Of a stretch of DNA of 64,000 nt, positions 62,722-64,000 are shown piece by piece (within the stretch, counting starts at the first letter, position 1; each line of letters begins with the position of its first letter). Both the position numbers and the translations under genes were made by a program. The notes under the pieces were generated by a model. The model was given only the letters and a program-made list of their open reading frames with translations, ran no database searches and was not told the origin of the DNA. The stretch spans positions 244,727 through 308,726 of the forward strand of contig NZ_DAIUFV010000001.1 in assembly GCF_036844445.1 (NCBI RefSeq). Direction: 5' to 3'. This DNA comes from Sneathiella sp. (GTDB lineage Bacteria > Pseudomonadota > Alphaproteobacteria > Sneathiellales > Sneathiellaceae).

Positions 62722-64000
62722 ATGGTGTTTATCGGTTTGATTGTATTGTTGACGATGCTCGTCTTCGGCATGCCGGTGGCGTTCGCGCTCGGCATATCCG
62801 GAATGGTTGGCCTCTACACGATCGGGGGGCTGCCGATGGTGGAAGGGATCCTGCGGACCGTGTCGCTTTCGACCACCGCGTCTTATGAGCTGCTGACGAT
62901 CCCGATGTTTATCCTGATGGCAGAGTTTATTATCGTCAGCCGCATCGCCAACGAACTGTTCGACAGCGCGAAGGCATGGATGGGGCGGACGCCCGCGGGC
63001 CTCGCCATTGCGACCGCACTTGCGGGGGCGGGCTTCGGCGCCATTTCCGGCTCCAGCACCGCCTCGGCCGCAACGCTGTCGGCGACGACCATCCCGGCGA
63101 TGCTGGAGAGCAAGTATAACCCCCGCTTTGCCTCCGGCGTGGTGGCAATCTCCGGGCCGCTGGCCATGCTGATCCCGCCGAGTATCGCGCTCATCCTGTA
63201 CGGGCTGATCGCCGATATCAGTATCGGAAAGCTGCTGATCGCGGGTGTCGTACCGGGATTGCTGGTCACCTGCGTCATTATTCTGACGTCTATTCTGCTG
63301 GTGACGATCTATCCGCATTTCGCGCCCGCCGGGCGGGCCTACACGATGTCGGAGAAGTTTCGATCGCTGAAAGTGATCGGCCCGATGGTGATTTTGATCA
63401 CCCTGGTGACCGGCTGTATCTATCTCGGCATCGCCACCCCGACGGAATCGGCAAGCCTCGGCGCGTTTGGCGCCTTCTGTATTGCGTTCTTCCGGGGCCG
63501 GCTGACGCTGGCGACCTTCTATTCCGCGCTTCGCAAGGCGGCGGCGACCAGCTGTATGATCGTGCTGATCATCATCTGCGCCCATATCTTCAGCTACTAT
63601 TTCACCCTGACTGGCGTGACGCAGGCCCTCGTCAGCATGGTTGGCGATCTTGACGTGGATCGCTGGGTGATCCTCGCTCTGATGATCATTCTCTATCTGG
63701 TTCTCGGCTGCTTCATGGACCAGATCGCCATCCTCTTCCTAACGGTTCCGGTCACGCTGCCGATTATGATGAGCCTTGGCTACGATCCGTTCTGGTTCGG
63801 CGTCATCGTTATCATCACGGCGGAAATCGGCCTTGTGACGCCACCGATCGGGCTCAACGTGTTCGTTGTTGCGGCCTATTCGAACGTCAAGGTGCAGGAT
63901 ATTTTCATCGGAGTATTCCCGCATGTAATCACCCATATTCTGGTGATTATCCTGCTCAGTATCTTTCCGGCGATTGTCACCTGGCTGCCCGAGACCGTCC
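62722..64000 (+). CDS. TRAP transporter large permease (DctM family), 3' end cut by window edge
   Basis: Not in the ORF track because it has no stop inside the window. My translation from ATG 62722 (RBS gggaggg) gives MVFIGLIVLLTMLVFGMPVAFALGISGMVGLYT...GAISGSSTASAATLS...LIPPSIALILYG...GVVPGLL, which is DctM-like. The frame stays open to base 64000. Confidence 0.85.
   Translation, partial: MVFIGLIVLLTMLVFGMPVAFALGISGMVGLYTIGGLPMVEGILRTVSLSTTASYELLTIPMFILMAEFIIVSRIANELFDSAKAWMGRTPAGLAIATALAGAGFGAISGSSTASAATLSATTIPAMLESKYNPRFASGVVAISGPLAMLIPPSIALILYGLIADISIGKLLIAGVVPGLLVTCVIILTSILLVTIYPHFAPAGRAYTMSEKFRSLKVIGPMVILITLVTGCIYLGIATPTESASLGAFGAFCIAFFRGRLTLATFYSALRKAAATSCMIVLIIICAHIFSYYFTLTGVTQALVSMVGDLDVDRWVILALMIILYLVLGCFMDQIAILFLTVPVTLPIMMSLGYDPFWFGVIVIITAEIGLVTPPIGLNVFVVAAYSNVKVQDIFIGVFPHVITHILVIILLSIFPAIVTWLPETV

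Noticed and set aside
1-64000. Search for tRNA, rRNA, CRISPR arrays, IS elements, integrases, toxin-antitoxin or other defence-system genes.
   Set aside because: No cloverleaf-like or rRNA-like segments, regularly spaced repeats, terminal inverted repeats or transposase/integrase-like translations were seen in any frame. Absence is by visual inspection only.

Overview
GC-rich bacterial DNA, gene content reminiscent of an alphaproteobacterium (taxonomy not verifiable here). All calls rest on reading the supplied six-frame translations and the DNA by eye; no database search was run. The window is a dense catabolic region of about 60 protein-coding genes. I recognised no rRNA, tRNA, CRISPR array, transposase or integrase.

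There are five TRAP transporter gene sets (five dctP-like, five dctQ-like and five dctM-like genes) and six one-component regulators: GntR, two LacI, TetR and two IclR. CoA-thioester enzymes are over-represented:
- three AMP-forming ligases
- two class III CoA-transferases and one Cat/AbfT-family CoA-transferase
- three acyl-CoA dehydrogenases
- five crotonase-fold proteins
- four hotdog-fold proteins
- one thiolase-like protein plus a DUF35 protein

Modules in order:
1. BCCP domain plus biotin carboxylase (window edge).
2. CoA-transferase, atypical crotonase, Rieske oxygenase, TRAP, VanB-like reductase and a degenerate crotonase, with a convergent GntR gene.
3. LacI, hyuA, hyuB, a frameshifted DSD1-like PLP enzyme, TRAP and an N-terminally short AceE-type E1.
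4. TetR, then on the opposite strand an acyl-CoA ligase, a split hotdog pair and TauE.
5. LacI, D-2-hydroxyacid dehydrogenase, a divergent enolase paralog, an APH/MtnK-fold kinase and TRAP (minus strand).
6. FAH, NodB-type deacetylase and a ligase.
7. An igr/bbs-like operon without a 3-hydroxyacyl-CoA dehydrogenase: CoA-transferase, small ORF, ACAD, split MaoC pair, DUF35, thiolase-like protein, crotonase and ACAD. A divergent TRAP QMP set follows.
8. IclR, then E1alpha, E1beta, crotonase, E2, ACAD and a ligase.
9. A GlsB/YeaQ-type small membrane protein.
10. An orphan dctP, IclR, a CitE-like lyase, a Cat-family CoA-transferase, a crotonase and TRAP QM (runs off the window end).

The best candidate for an undescribed system is module 5, where a transporter-coupled kinase, a catalytically altered enolase paralog and a dehydrogenase form one operon. 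Other points worth a second look are the dehydrogenase-less aldolase-type cleavage operon, the 2-oxoacid dehydrogenase operon with an embedded hydratase, the hyuAB/E1 operon with twin perfect LacI-type operators, and a rip-like C5-dicarboxylate operon.
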